A DNA stretch of 64,000 nucleotides. Source: an uncultured delta proteobacterium (GTDB lineage: Bacteria; Desulfobacterota; Binatia; Binatales; Binataceae). The translations under genes were made by a program, and so were the position numbers. Location of the stretch: contig CAWEEQ010000004.1 in the NCBI GenBank assembly GCA_963808235.1, positions 1,920,001-1,984,000 on the forward strand. The letters run 5' to 3'. Shown piece by piece: positions 18,455 through 31,242 of this stretch; the stretch's first letter is position 1, and each line of letters opens with the position of its first letter. The notes beneath the pieces are model-generated. The model was not told the DNA's origin. It ran no database searches and saw only the letters and a list, made by a program, of their open reading frames with translations.

Positions 18455-19969
18455 CTAGCCGATCTTCGCGTAAACCGATTTTACCTGCGTGTACAGATCG
18501 ATCGCGTAACGCCCGAGCTCGCGGCCAAAGCCCGACTGCTTGTAGCCACCGAACGGCGACATCGGATCGATCATGCCGTAAGTGTTGATCCAAACCGTGC
18601 CGGCCTTGAGCTTGCGCGCGATCGTATGCGCGCGGTTGATGTCCTTGGTCCATACCGCGGCCGCGAGCCCATAGCTGGTGTCGTTGCCCTGGATGACGAC
18701 ATCGTTCTCGTCCTTGAACGGGATCGCGGATGCGACGGGTCCGAAGATCTCCTCGCGCGCGATCTTCATCTGGTTGTTCACGCCGGTAAACACGGTCGGC
18801 TGGATGAAGTATCCAGATTCCTGCTTGCCAGGCTCGCCGCCAGTCTTGGCCTTCGCACCCTCTTCCTTGCCGGTCTTCAGATACCCCTTCACGCGATCAT
18901 GCTGCTCCTTCGATACCAGCGGTCCCATCCGCGTGTTCGGGTCCAGTGGATTTCCAAGCGTCAACCCTTTTGCCATCGTCGACAGCGAATCGGTGAACTG
19001 ATCGTACACGCTCTCCTGCACGAACACGCGCGAACCGGCGCAGCAGACCTGGCCCTGGTTCATGAAGATGCCCAGCGCCGAGCCGAACACGGCCGACGGC
19101 ATGTCAGCGTCGGGGAAGATGATGTTTGGCGACTTGCCGCCGAGCTCGAGCGATACGCGCTTCAAGTTGCCGGTGGAGGCCTTCAGGATGAGCTTGCCGA
19201 CTTCGGTTGAGCCGGTGAAGGCAACCTTGTCGATATCCGGATGCTCCGCGATCGAGCTGCCCGCGCCGGGTCCGAAGCCGGTGATGATCTGCACGACGCC
19301 CTCAGGCAGGCCGCTTTCGCAAATCAGCTCGCCCAGGCGAATCGCGGTCAACGGAGTCTGCTCGGCAGGCTTCAGGATGACGACGTTGCCGCATGCGAGC
19401 GCGGGCGCAATCTTCCACGATGCCATCAGCAGCGGAAAGTTCCACGGGATGATCTGCCCGCATACACCGACCGGCTCGCGCAGCGTGTAGTTGAACATCG
19501 AGGGGTCGGACGGATTGGTCTCGCCATAAATCTTGGTGGCGAAGCCGGCGTAGTAGCGGAAGGTCTCGGCGGCGCCCGGGATGTCGATATTCCTGGACTC
19601 GAACAGGGGCTTGCCGTTGTCGAGCGTCTCGAGCTCGGCAAGTTCATCGGCGTGCTGCTCGATAAGGTCCGCGATCTTGAGCAATACGCGAGTGCGGCCA
19701 TGCGGGCTCATGTTCGCCCACTTGCCATCCTCGTATGCACGCCGTGCGTGCTTGACCGCCTCATCGACGTCGGCCTTGTCGCCCTCGGCAACGATTGCGA
19801 GGACCTGCTCGTTGGCCGGGTTAAGGGTCTCGAAAGTTTTGCCGGATTTCGACGGCACCCATTTGCCGTTGATGAGAAGTTTCTTGGGCGAGCTCTTGAG
19901 GAACTCAAGCGCTGCGCTCGACTTTGCGCCGCGAGTCGCGGATTCCAGTGACGGTGTTGCTGCTGCCAT
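18455..19969 (-). CDS. NAD-dependent aldehyde dehydrogenase
   Basis: IIPWNFP, FTGSTEVG, LELGGKSP, NQGQVCCAG, EEIFGP, PFGGYKQSG. Confidence 0.96.
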   Translation of the reverse strand: MAAATPSLESATRGAKSSAALEFLKSSPKKLLINGKWVPSKSGKTFETLNPANEQVLAIVAEGDKADVDEAVKHARRAYEDGKWANMSPHGRTRVLLKIADLIEQHADELAELETLDNGKPLFESRNIDIPGAAETFRYYAGFATKIYGETNPSDPSMFNYTLREPVGVCGQIIPWNFPLLMASWKIAPALACGNVVILKPAEQTPLTAIRLGELICESGLPEGVVQIITGFGPGAGSSIAEHPDIDKVAFTGSTEVGKLILKASTGNLKRVSLELGGKSPNIIFPDADMPSAVFGSALGIFMNQGQVCCAGSRVFVQESVYDQFTDSLSTMAKGLTLGNPLDPNTRMGPLVSKEQHDRVKGYLKTGKEEGAKAKTGGEPGKQESGYFIQPTVFTGVNNQMKIAREEIFGPVASAIPFKDENDVVIQGNDTSYGLAAAVWTKDINRAHTIARKLKAGTVWINTYGMIDPMSPFGGYKQSGFGRELGRYAIDLYTQVKSVYAKIG

Positions 19970-20133
19970 CTGTCTATTCTCCTGTCGGTGATGCGTCGCT
20001 GTGTGCGCGAGCCGGATGAATCTAAACTCTGCTTAACACTCGGACTCTAGTAAATCGAGACGTATTCGGCAAAGCGAAAAAGCGGCTGACGCGGCGTCGC
20101 CGAAGCTCCGGTCGCGCGCGTTTTGCCCCGTCT

Positions 20134-20162
20134 TTGCCCTCTTCATCCGCGCCGGATATTCT
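20134..20162 (+). promoter_or_regulatory. Putative sigma70 promoter of the mutS cluster
   Basis: TTGCCC (20134-20139), 17 bp spacer, TATTCT (20157-20162), 15 nt before the GTG start. Confidence 0.45.
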
Positions 20163-20177
20163 TGGTCGGTCGTATCA

Positions 20178-22751
<2,574 letters not shown>

Positions 22752-22820
22752 CGATTGTGGCGATCGCCCGAATCGGCGGCTATCCTGTGAACCTGGAATG
22801 CGGAGCAGGAGGTTTGCGGG

Positions 22821-24095
22821 ATGCGGAGACTGACGGCGCTTGCGGTCGCGGCGATCGCTCAATGCGGAGCGATCTCGCCTGCCCTCGCGATGCTTTCCCC
22901 GCCCGTCCTGCGTTCCGCGCGAATAGAACGTCGTGGCCCCACTTTCGAGGTGCATTTCGGTTTCGACGGCGCGGTTCCCCGGCTCAATCTGAGCGCTCAC
23001 GGCGATCAGCTCTGGATCGATCTCGCCCGTACGCACGTCGCGATTCCTCCGCGGCCGCTCTTCGGCTACGAGGTGATGCCCATATCGAGCGTTCGCGTAA
23101 TCGGAGCTGGTCCCGACGCGGCCAGGTCGCGAATCGTAGTCGAAGTGGTCGGCAAAGCTGACTACGCAGCCGTGAGACTGCCGCACGAGATCGTGCTGCG
23201 AGTCGCGCCCGCGGGCGCCGATGCGAATATCGCCGCGCCAATCGTCGTGCACAACGATGCGCCAGGTCCAGTCCGGCGCACGCTCGCGAGGTCGGACGTA
23301 CAACCAGCGCCGGATCATCTCGAGCCTGCGAGCGCTCGTCCGCTCCTGCCGCAGGCAAGCGTCGAACCCGTTATCAGCTCCACCGATAATCAACCGGGGC
23401 ATCCGCTGGTGATGATCGATCCCGGTCATGGCGGTTACGATCCAGGAACTCAGTCTTCTTCGGGAGTGCTCGAGAAAGATCTGGCGCTGCAAATCGCAAC
23501 GCGCCTTAAATCAGCGCTCGAGGCGCGCCAAATCCGCGCCGAGCTCACGCGCGGCAACGATACATTCGTAAGTCTGCCCGAGCGGACCCGGATTGCAAAT
23601 CGCGCCGGCGCCGATCTGTTCGTTTCGATTCACCTGAATTCGAGCCCCGATACCGAAACCACTGGAATCGAAGTTTATTATCTGAACAACACCACCGATC
23701 GCGCGACGATTCGCCTCGCGCGAATGGAAAACGGCGGCGCCGATGGCTATGGCGGATCGAACGACTCCAACTTAAACTACATTCTGACCGACTTGCGCCA
23801 GAACTATAAGGCGATTGAAGCGGCTTCTCTGGCTCGGATGATCGACGCGCAGACGGTCGCCGATCTCGACGCCGGACTTGGGTTAAACGTGAACGCGCTC
23901 GGAGCCAAGGTGGGACCATTTTACGTGCTCGTCGGGGCGCATATGCCGGCGGTGCTGGTCGAGTGCGGCTTCCTGTCTAATCCCGACGAGGCGCGCCGAA
24001 TGGAAGGCGCTGGATACCAGGATGTGCTCGCAGGCGCGATCGCCGGCGCGGTCGTCCACTATTTCAACGCCGACCTCGCGGTGGGAAATCTGTGA
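22821..24095 (+). CDS. N-acetylmuramoyl-L-alanine amidase (AmiC-like, AMIN-like domain plus Amidase_3)
   Basis: Signal peptide; IDPGHGGYDPG, EKD, FVSIHLN, PAVLVECGFLSN. Confidence 0.92.
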   Translation: MRRLTALAVAAIAQCGAISPALAMLSPPVLRSARIERRGPTFEVHFGFDGAVPRLNLSAHGDQLWIDLARTHVAIPPRPLFGYEVMPISSVRVIGAGPDAARSRIVVEVVGKADYAAVRLPHEIVLRVAPAGADANIAAPIVVHNDAPGPVRRTLARSDVQPAPDHLEPASARPLLPQASVEPVISSTDNQPGHPLVMIDPGHGGYDPGTQSSSGVLEKDLALQIATRLKSALEARQIRAELTRGNDTFVSLPERTRIANRAGADLFVSIHLNSSPDTETTGIEVYYLNNTTDRATIRLARMENGGADGYGGSNDSNLNYILTDLRQNYKAIEAASLARMIDAQTVADLDAGLGLNVNALGAKVGPFYVLVGAHMPAVLVECGFLSNPDEARRMEGAGYQDVLAGAIAGAVVHYFNADLAVGNL

Positions 24096-26854
24096 GCGTC
24101 GTAGCAGGCGCGAATCGCGCCGATCCTTCCGCGACTGCTCCCTCGGCGGTGCGCGGACACGACGCGCTGCTCGCGCAGTTCATGGCCAGCAAGAAGCCCG
24201 GCGTGGACGCGCGCGCCTACCTGGAGTCGGTTCGCGCGGAACTCGCAAAGCGTAATTTCGCGGGCGCGTCCGGAGGAGAGATCGTGGCCGCGATGACCGC
24301 GGCGATGGACGATCTTCTCCGCGCGCTGTTTCACTATGCGGATGCCGACCACGATCGGCGTTTTTCCAAGCTCAATCAGAAAATCACTGTCGTCGCGCGC
24401 GGCGGATACGGGCGCGGCGAACTGAACCCGCAATCCGACGTCGATCTGCTGTTCCTGCATGAATACAAACGCGGCCCATACGCAGAAATAGTCACCGAGA
24501 TTATGTTGCATGCGCTCTGGGACGCGGGACTCACGGTCGGACACGGCGTTCGCACCGCCAAGGAATGTGTGCGGCTCGCAAACGAAGACCTGAAGGAGAA
24601 GACCGCTATTCTCGACGCGCGCTATCTGTGCGGCGACGAGAAACTATACGCGGAACTCGACAAGCTTCTGATCGCCCAGGTCCTCAACCGCAACCAGGAT
24701 AGTTTCTTCAAGACCAAACTCGAGGAGAGCCGTAAACGCCACGCCCAGTATGGCGATTCGATCTATTTGCTCGAGCCGCAGATCAAGGAAGGCGAAGGCG
24801 GACTGCGCGATCTGCACACCGCGATGTGGCTCGCGAAAGTCAAGTATAAAGTTCATTCGCTCGAAGAACTGGTGCAGAAGGCGGTGATCACCGAGCTCGA
24901 GGCGGCCGAAGTGATCGAAGCGCGCGATTTTCTGTGGCGGGTGCGCAACTCACTGCACTTTCTGACCGGCCGCCACTTCGATCAGCTTACCTTCGAGATG
25001 CAGGAGCGAATCGAGCCGCTGCTCGGATTCCATCCCGGAGAGCATCCCGATGAAGGTCAGGCGGCAGGCTCCGCCCTGATGCGCTCGTACTATCAGCACG
25101 CTGCCACGATCCATCGCTTTGCCGAGGGCCTGATCGCACGCGTTACCGAGAGTAGTCCCGGCGGCAGATTTTTCCGCCGCAGTCCGACTCGCAAGATTCG
25201 GCCCGGCGTCGTCGTCCAGCAAAATCTCTTGAGCATCGCCGATCCCGATCTCTTCAAGGACGATCCCCTCAACATCATAACGATCTATGCGGATTGCCAG
25301 GCTCACGACGTCGGTCTATCGGGCAGCGCGTATCAAATGGTGCGCGATAACCTGGGGCTGATCGACGACAAGATGCGACGGGATCCGCGCGTCTCCGCGG
25401 CGCTGATGAAGATTCTTTCGGGGCGCCAGCGCGTCGCCGAGACGCTCGAGGCGATGCATCTGTCGGGGGTGCTTGGCGCGATCATCCCGGAGTTCGGCAA
25501 TCTCTACGCGCGCGTTCTGCACGACCTCTATCATATATACACCGTCGATCGGCATTCCCTGGTCGCCGTGCGCGAGCTCGAACGACTACGCAGTGGTGAG
25601 TTCAAGGATCCTACTCCGCTGCTCACCGAGGTCGCGCGCGAACTCGATCGCCTGCCGCTCGTGTTTCTCGCCCTGCTCCTCCACGACATCGGCAAGGGTC
25701 ACGGCCACGATCATCATGAGCGCGGAGCGAGCCTGACCACGGAAGTCTCGGCGCGGCTCGGCCTCGACAGCGAGGAAGTCGACCTCGTCGTATTCCTGGT
25801 GCGCAATCATCTGATGATGTCGCAGGTTGCGCAGAAGGGTGACCTCGACGATCGCACCACCGTCGCGGAATTTGCGCGCACGGTCGGTTCGATCGATCGG
25901 TTGAAAGCGCTGTACCTGCTCACTTACGCCGACATGCGCGCGGTTGCTCCGAAAGTCTACAACAACTGGCGCGACATGCTGCTGAGCGACTTGTACATGC
26001 GCGCGCTCAAGGTGCTGGAACAGGGCGATCGCGAGGCCGTCGATCCTGCGCGCCGGCTCGCGACGGTCAAGGACGGAGTTCGCGAAACCCTGCTCGCGGC
26101 GTCGGCGCCACATGCGGACGTCGCCGAATTTCTCGACGAGATGCCCGACCGCTATTTTTTCACGGTCCCGGAGGCCGACATCCCGCTACACTTCGACTTG
26201 ATGCGGCAGTTGACCGACCATCCGCTGGTCTGTCGCATCAGGCATTTTCCGGAGCTTGAGTTCAGCGAGTTCATCGTCGTGACGCGCGACCGGCCGGGGC
26301 TGTTCTCGATGATCGCGGGCGCGCTCACCGCCAACAATCTGAACATCCTCTCGGCGCGAATCACTACGCGCACCAATGGAATCGCGATGGACGTGTTCCG
26401 GGTTTCACATCTTGCGGGTGCCGGCTCGATGGCGATGGAAGACTCGCGATGGCTGCGCGTCGAGCGCGATCTGGAACGCGTCATCGTTGGCGAGCAGGAT
26501 ATCGCGGCGCTGGTCGCGACCGCGCAGCAGGTGCAGAGCGCCGGGCGCAAGTTCGTCCGCCACGTGCCGACCGAAGTGACCGTGGACAATCGCACCTCCG
26601 AGCAGTTCACGGTGATCGACGTGTTCACCCAGGACCGCGTCGGACTTCTATTTGCGATCACGCATACTCTCTTCAAACTCGGCCTGCGGATTCATCTCGC
26701 ACGCATCTCAACCAATGCCGATCAGGCGCTCGACGTTTTTTACGTTAGCGATCGCGCCGGTGGAAAAATCACCGACCTCGATCAGATGCGCGAGTTGCGC
26801 GCCGCGCTGCTGGAAAAAGCGGAACAGAATCCTGGCGCTGGGGCATCACCGTGA
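24092..26854 (+). CDS. glnD: [Protein-PII] uridylyltransferase/uridylyl-removing enzyme
   Basis: GGYGRGEL.P.SDVDL, EPQIKEGEGGLRD, HIYTVDRH, LLHDIGKG (HD domain), two ACT domains (DRPGL, DRVGLL). Confidence 0.97.
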   Translation: MSVVAGANRADPSATAPSAVRGHDALLAQFMASKKPGVDARAYLESVRAELAKRNFAGASGGEIVAAMTAAMDDLLRALFHYADADHDRRFSKLNQKITVVARGGYGRGELNPQSDVDLLFLHEYKRGPYAEIVTEIMLHALWDAGLTVGHGVRTAKECVRLANEDLKEKTAILDARYLCGDEKLYAELDKLLIAQVLNRNQDSFFKTKLEESRKRHAQYGDSIYLLEPQIKEGEGGLRDLHTAMWLAKVKYKVHSLEELVQKAVITELEAAEVIEARDFLWRVRNSLHFLTGRHFDQLTFEMQERIEPLLGFHPGEHPDEGQAAGSALMRSYYQHAATIHRFAEGLIARVTESSPGGRFFRRSPTRKIRPGVVVQQNLLSIADPDLFKDDPLNIITIYADCQAHDVGLSGSAYQMVRDNLGLIDDKMRRDPRVSAALMKILSGRQRVAETLEAMHLSGVLGAIIPEFGNLYARVLHDLYHIYTVDRHSLVAVRELERLRSGEFKDPTPLLTEVARELDRLPLVFLALLLHDIGKGHGHDHHERGASLTTEVSARLGLDSEEVDLVVFLVRNHLMMSQVAQKGDLDDRTTVAEFARTVGSIDRLKALYLLTYADMRAVAPKVYNNWRDMLLSDLYMRALKVLEQGDREAVDPARRLATVKDGVRETLLAASAPHADVAEFLDEMPDRYFFTVPEADIPLHFDLMRQLTDHPLVCRIRHFPELEFSEFIVVTRDRPGLFSMIAGALTANNLNILSARITTRTNGIAMDVFRVSHLAGAGSMAMEDSRWLRVERDLERVIVGEQDIAALVATAQQVQSAGRKFVRHVPTEVTVDNRTSEQFTVIDVFTQDRVGLLFAITHTLFKLGLRIHLARISTNADQALDVFYVSDRAGGKITDLDQMRELRAALLEKAEQNPGAGASP

Positions 26855-27813
26855 GCGCGCCCGATTGGGACTCGCTGATCGATCGGCATCTGAGCCGCCA
26901 ATCGGTCGAACGCGGGCTCAGCCGCCATTCGATGGAAGCGTATGCGCACGACCTCGCGATTTTTCAATCGTGGTGCCGCGAGCGCAGTCTGGACCCTTCG
27001 GAACTCGACGCGAGCGCCCTGACCGCCTATCTCGAAGCGCTAGCGGATCGTGGATTGGCAGTTAGTTCGCAGCGCCGGCATCTCGCGAGTCTGCGCGGTC
27101 TCGCTCGCGAAATGGTCGACGAGAAGATAATCGAGCGCGATCCTGCGCCCGCCGTGAAGCTTCGGCCGCATCCGCGCAAACTGCCGCGCACCCTCTCGCG
27201 GATCGACGTTGAGAATCTCATCAACGCGATCAACGTCAAAGATCCTCGCGGTCTGCGCGACCGTGCGATGCTCGAACTGGCCTATGGTTGCGGGCTTCGC
27301 GTGTCGGAACTGGTCGGCCTGCAACTGCATCAGGTGAATCTCGACGCGGCGGTTGTGATCGTTCTCGGCAAGGGCGGCAAAGAACGAATGGTGCCGATGG
27401 GCGGCGCGTCGATTCGCACGCTGAAGGCGTGGCTCGAGCGACGCGACGAAATTTTAAATCCCGTCGGCGATAGTAAGCGCGCAAAGAAAAACATTCCGCG
27501 CCGAATTTCCGCCGTCTTCGTCACCCGCCTGGGGCGCGCGATGACCCGGCAGGGATTTTTCAAGGCGCTCAAGGGATGGGCGTCCGCCGATTCGCGCCTG
27601 TCGTGGATGAGTCCGCATACGCTGCGTCATTGCTTCGCGACCCATCTGCTCGAAGGCGGCGCCGATCTTCGTGCGGTGCAGGAGATGCTCGGTCATAGCG
27701 ACATCTCCACGACGCAAATCTACACCCATCTGTCGAAGAGCCATCTGCGCAAGGTGCATCGCACCTTTCATCCGCGCGCTACGCGCGCGAGTGCGGGCGA
27801 AGGTACGGACTGA
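26851..27813 (+). CDS. xerD: Tyrosine recombinase XerD
   Basis: RDRAMLELAYGCGLRVSEL, GKGGKER, MTRQGFF, HTLRHCFATHLL, LGHSDISTTQIYT; housekeeping context. Confidence 0.88.
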   Translation: MSAPDWDSLIDRHLSRQSVERGLSRHSMEAYAHDLAIFQSWCRERSLDPSELDASALTAYLEALADRGLAVSSQRRHLASLRGLAREMVDEKIIERDPAPAVKLRPHPRKLPRTLSRIDVENLINAINVKDPRGLRDRAMLELAYGCGLRVSELVGLQLHQVNLDAAVVIVLGKGGKERMVPMGGASIRTLKAWLERRDEILNPVGDSKRAKKNIPRRISAVFVTRLGRAMTRQGFFKALKGWASADSRLSWMSPHTLRHCFATHLLEGGADLRAVQEMLGHSDISTTQIYTHLSKSHLRKVHRTFHPRATRASAGEGTD

Positions 27814-27815
27814 CT

Positions 27816-28478
27816 TTGGACGATCTGAACGGAACCATCGCGACCATATGTATCGTCGCGCCGCCGATCATCTTCGCGATCATCGCGCACGAGGTCATGC
27901 ATGGCGTGGTCGCGCTGCGGCTTGGCGATGATACAGCTCAGCGCGCCGGCCGACTCACCCTGAATCCGATTTCACACGTCGATCTCTTCGGCACTATCAT
28001 TCTGCCGTTCGCGCTCTACCTATTTCATGCCCCCGTACTCGGCTACGCGAAACCGGTCCCGGTCAATTTCCGAGTGCTGCGCGGCGGACGCGCCGGGATG
28101 CTGAAGGTAGCCGCAGCCGGACCATTGACGAACTTCGTGCTGGCAATCGTGAGCGGACTTCTTCTGCGCGTGGCACCCTACTTTCTGCACGGCTCGCTCG
28201 CAGCGACCGTCGTCGTACCGATCGCGCGGATGCTGCAGGCGTCGGTGATTGTCAACGTCGAGCTCGGAGTCTTCAATCTGTTTCCGGTGCTGCCGCTGGA
28301 CGGAGGGCGGGTGTTGTTCAGTATCCTGCCTATTGCGGCTGCACGCATCTATGCGCAGACCGAGCGCTATGGCTTTCTTATACTGTTGTTGCTGCTGTAT
28401 ACGCATTGGCTGGATGTCGCGATTTATCCGGTCATGAACATGGCCCTGGGCGCGATCTCCTGGATGGTGCAACTTTGA
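27816..28478 (+). CDS. Site-2 protease family (M50) membrane metalloprotease
   Basis: HEVMH, GRLTLNP, AAAGP, FNLFPVLPLDGG. Confidence 0.93.
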   Translation: MDDLNGTIATICIVAPPIIFAIIAHEVMHGVVALRLGDDTAQRAGRLTLNPISHVDLFGTIILPFALYLFHAPVLGYAKPVPVNFRVLRGGRAGMLKVAAAGPLTNFVLAIVSGLLLRVAPYFLHGSLAATVVVPIARMLQASVIVNVELGVFNLFPVLPLDGGRVLFSILPIAAARIYAQTERYGFLILLLLLYTHWLDVAIYPVMNMALGAISWMVQL

Positions 28479-29227
28479 GCGACGAGTCCAACACACCGTC
28501 GAGATTGGGAACCGACGCGTCGGTCCGCTTCCGGCTGCCCATTTACGAAGGGCCGCTCGACTTGCTGCTGCATCTGCTCAAACGCGCCGAACTCGACGCG
28601 CACGACGTAACCGCAAGCGTCATCACCGAGCAGTACCTCGCGTGGCTCGAACTGCTCGATCAACTGAACCTCAACGTCGCGGGCGAGTACCTTGTGATGG
28701 CGGCGACGCTGCTGCTGATCAAGTCGTTCGCGATGCTGCCGCATCCGGAACTCGCCGACAACGAGGAAGCGGAAGAGCTGAAGCGCGATCTAGTCGAGCG
28801 GCTGCTCGAGTATCAGCGCTATCGGGAGGCGGCGGAGAAGCTGGCCTCGCGCGCGGTGCTCGGACGCGACGTGTTCACGACTCCCGGCGAGGCTGCGCCG
28901 GTGGACGAGAACGCAGTGCCGTTCACGGCGACGATTTTCGATTTGGTCGAGGCGATGGGGGCCGTGCTGAAGCGCATCGCGGACCAGACGCCGCGCGGAA
29001 TCGTGCTGCGCGACATCCCGGTTGCTGAATGCATCCCGCGCATCATGAGTGCGCTCGAAGGTGCGGGGCGGATCCAGTTTGCGGCACTGTTTGAAGACGC
29101 GAGCGACAGGTCGATTGTGATCGCGACCTTCATGGCGCTGCTCGAGCTGATCCGGCGGCGCGATGTGCGCGCTTATCAGGAAGTGCGCTTCGGTCCGATT
29201 TACCTGGAGCGAGCGACGGGAGTCTGA
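28475..29227 (+). CDS. scpA: Segregation and condensation protein A (kleisin)
   Basis: YEGPLDLLLHL, ITEQYL, GEYLVMAATLL.IKS, TFMALLEL; TTG overlaps the upstream stop. Confidence 0.93.
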   Translation: MSDESNTPSRLGTDASVRFRLPIYEGPLDLLLHLLKRAELDAHDVTASVITEQYLAWLELLDQLNLNVAGEYLVMAATLLLIKSFAMLPHPELADNEEAEELKRDLVERLLEYQRYREAAEKLASRAVLGRDVFTTPGEAAPVDENAVPFTATIFDLVEAMGAVLKRIADQTPRGIVLRDIPVAECIPRIMSALEGAGRIQFAALFEDASDRSIVIATFMALLELIRRRDVRAYQEVRFGPIYLERATGV

Positions 29228-29917
29228 ATGGACGAAGCGCATCTGAAATCTATTCTCGAGAGCTTGCTGTTCGCGGCCGGCGAGCCGGTGTCACTCGCGC
29301 GGCTGGCGGCTGTCTTCGACGACATACCGCGCGCGACGGTGCAAAAAACGCTCGCCGCGATGACCGCGGAGTACGCTGCGGCAAACCGTGGTATTGCGAT
29401 CGAAGAAGTCGGCGGCGGTTACCAGATGAGAACGCCGAAGGACCACGCGGCCTACGTGCGCAAGCTGCTCGCCACGCGGCCGCCGCGGCTCAGCCGGCCG
29501 CTGATGGAGACGGTTGCGATCATCGCCTATCGCCAGCCGATCACGCGCCCGGAGATCGAGCAGTTGCGCGGCGTCGATACCGGCGGTGTGCTCGAGACCT
29601 TGCTCGAACGCCGAATGATCAAAATCGCCGGGCGCAAGGAAGCGCCCGGACGCCCGATGGTCTACGCAACCACCGACGAATTCCTGGAAATCTTCGGGTT
29701 GAAAGATCTCGAGAGCCTTCCCGACCTTTCCGAGTTCCGCGAGATCGAGCGCTCCATCGAGCAGGCCAGCACCGGCCCGGTCGCGGGCGTCGAGACGCAT
29801 CCGGAAGACGCGGCTCCAATCGATCCGGCTCTGGCCGACGAGGTCGGTGAAGAGCCGCCCGCCGCCGAACCGCGTCGCGATCCCTCGTCCTCCGACGACG
29901 ACAAAACTTCAAGCTGA
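29228..29917 (+). CDS. scpB: SMC-Scp complex subunit ScpB
   Basis: LESLLF, GGYQMRT, ETVAIIAYRQPITR.EIE.LRGV, PGRP.VY.TT. Confidence 0.95.
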   Translation: MDEAHLKSILESLLFAAGEPVSLARLAAVFDDIPRATVQKTLAAMTAEYAAANRGIAIEEVGGGYQMRTPKDHAAYVRKLLATRPPRLSRPLMETVAIIAYRQPITRPEIEQLRGVDTGGVLETLLERRMIKIAGRKEAPGRPMVYATTDEFLEIFGLKDLESLPDLSEFREIERSIEQASTGPVAGVETHPEDAAPIDPALADEVGEEPPAAEPRRDPSSSDDDKTSS

Positions 29918-29949
29918 TTTATCACCGCGTTCGGCAACAAGGAGAGACG

Positions 29950-31143
29950 ATGTCGTATCGATTGCATATCTTTGTTTTCGGCGCGCTGATTTCGTTGGCG
30001 TCCGCGTATCCGTCGTTCGCGCAGAAGACTCCGCCGCTGGAACCGGCGCCGGAAAACGATCCGATCTACATGCGCGTGGTCGCATCGCCGTGGCCGTCCG
30101 AAGCGGCGGTCCTGGTCGGCAATGGACGCAAGCATTCCGCATACGAGCTTTACGTCACGAATTTCAGCAGCGCGCCGGTTAGAATCACGGAGCTCGATGT
30201 GCGAGGGGAAAAGGACGGCGAGCCTGTGATGACGCAGTCTGCCGCAGGCAAACAGTTGGCCGCGATGTTCATGCCGGCGGCCGGCGGCGACGGCACTAAA
30301 CCCCACGATCCGGTTCTGCAGCCTGGACAGGCGGGCATCTTCTTTATCTTTGCCGACTTCGACCCGACGCGTGGGGATCCGGATACGTTCCAGACCGCGA
30401 TTCGAATCGAGCAGCATGGCGAGCGCGCCGGTTCCGGAACAATTCAGGTTGCCGAGCTCGACATAGATCCACCCGAGCCGATCACGATTCAATCTCCTCT
30501 GCGCGGCAAGAACTGGTCGGCGGCCAATGGGCCGTCGAACACGTCGACGCATCGCCGCATGGTACTTCCCATCAACGGACAGCCTCACATCGGCCAGAGA
30601 TATGCCATCGACTGGATCCAACTTGGCGACGACGGCCAATCGTTTGCTGGCGACAAGAGCAAGAACTCGAGCTATCACGCATGGGACCAGGAGATTCACG
30701 CGGTCGCGGACGGGAAGATCGTCGAAGTCAAGGACGGGATTCCTGAGAACGTCCCGAACTCGGGCAAAATCGCGGTGCAGGTTACGTCCGATACGCTCGC
30801 GGGCAATCACATCATCGAGGATTTGGGCGACGGACACTACGCCGCATATGCGCATCTGCGGCCGGGGACGCTGAAGGTGAAAGATGGAGACACGGTCCAT
30901 GCCGGCGACGTAATCGCGCACCTCGGCAACACCGGCAATTCATCGGAGCCTCATCTGCATTTCCAGATCTGCGACGCGCAATCGTTCCCCGCGTCCGAAG
31001 GCCTCCCCTTCGCGATCGACAAGTTCACCCGCGAGGACTTCAAGCTCGACCACGCTCCGAAGGGCCACTCGACTTTGTCCATCAAATCATCGCATCCAGT
31101 AACGCGCGAAGAGCCGATGGAAGACGAGCTCGATTCGTTCTAG
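29950..31143 (+). CDS. Secreted M23 family metallopeptidase
   Basis: Signal peptide; H...RYAID, GNHI, YAHL, GNTGNSSEPHLHFQ. Confidence 0.9.
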   Translation: MSYRLHIFVFGALISLASAYPSFAQKTPPLEPAPENDPIYMRVVASPWPSEAAVLVGNGRKHSAYELYVTNFSSAPVRITELDVRGEKDGEPVMTQSAAGKQLAAMFMPAAGGDGTKPHDPVLQPGQAGIFFIFADFDPTRGDPDTFQTAIRIEQHGERAGSGTIQVAELDIDPPEPITIQSPLRGKNWSAANGPSNTSTHRRMVLPINGQPHIGQRYAIDWIQLGDDGQSFAGDKSKNSSYHAWDQEIHAVADGKIVEVKDGIPENVPNSGKIAVQVTSDTLAGNHIIEDLGDGHYAAYAHLRPGTLKVKDGDTVHAGDVIAHLGNTGNSSEPHLHFQICDAQSFPASEGLPFAIDKFTREDFKLDHAPKGHSTLSIKSSHPVTREEPMEDELDSF

Positions 31144-31242
31144 CGGAGATGGCTCCGGTTCAGTTTCCAATGGGCACGGACGGGCGCATCGTAGGGAGCG
31201 CCGGCGAGTTCGATGCGGACCGAGAGTTTCGGAAGTCGAAAC

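Noticed and set aside
26851-27813. Tyrosine recombinase as a prophage or island integrase
   Set aside because: It has XerD-type motifs, overlaps glnD and sits in a housekeeping cluster with no att sites or phage genes.
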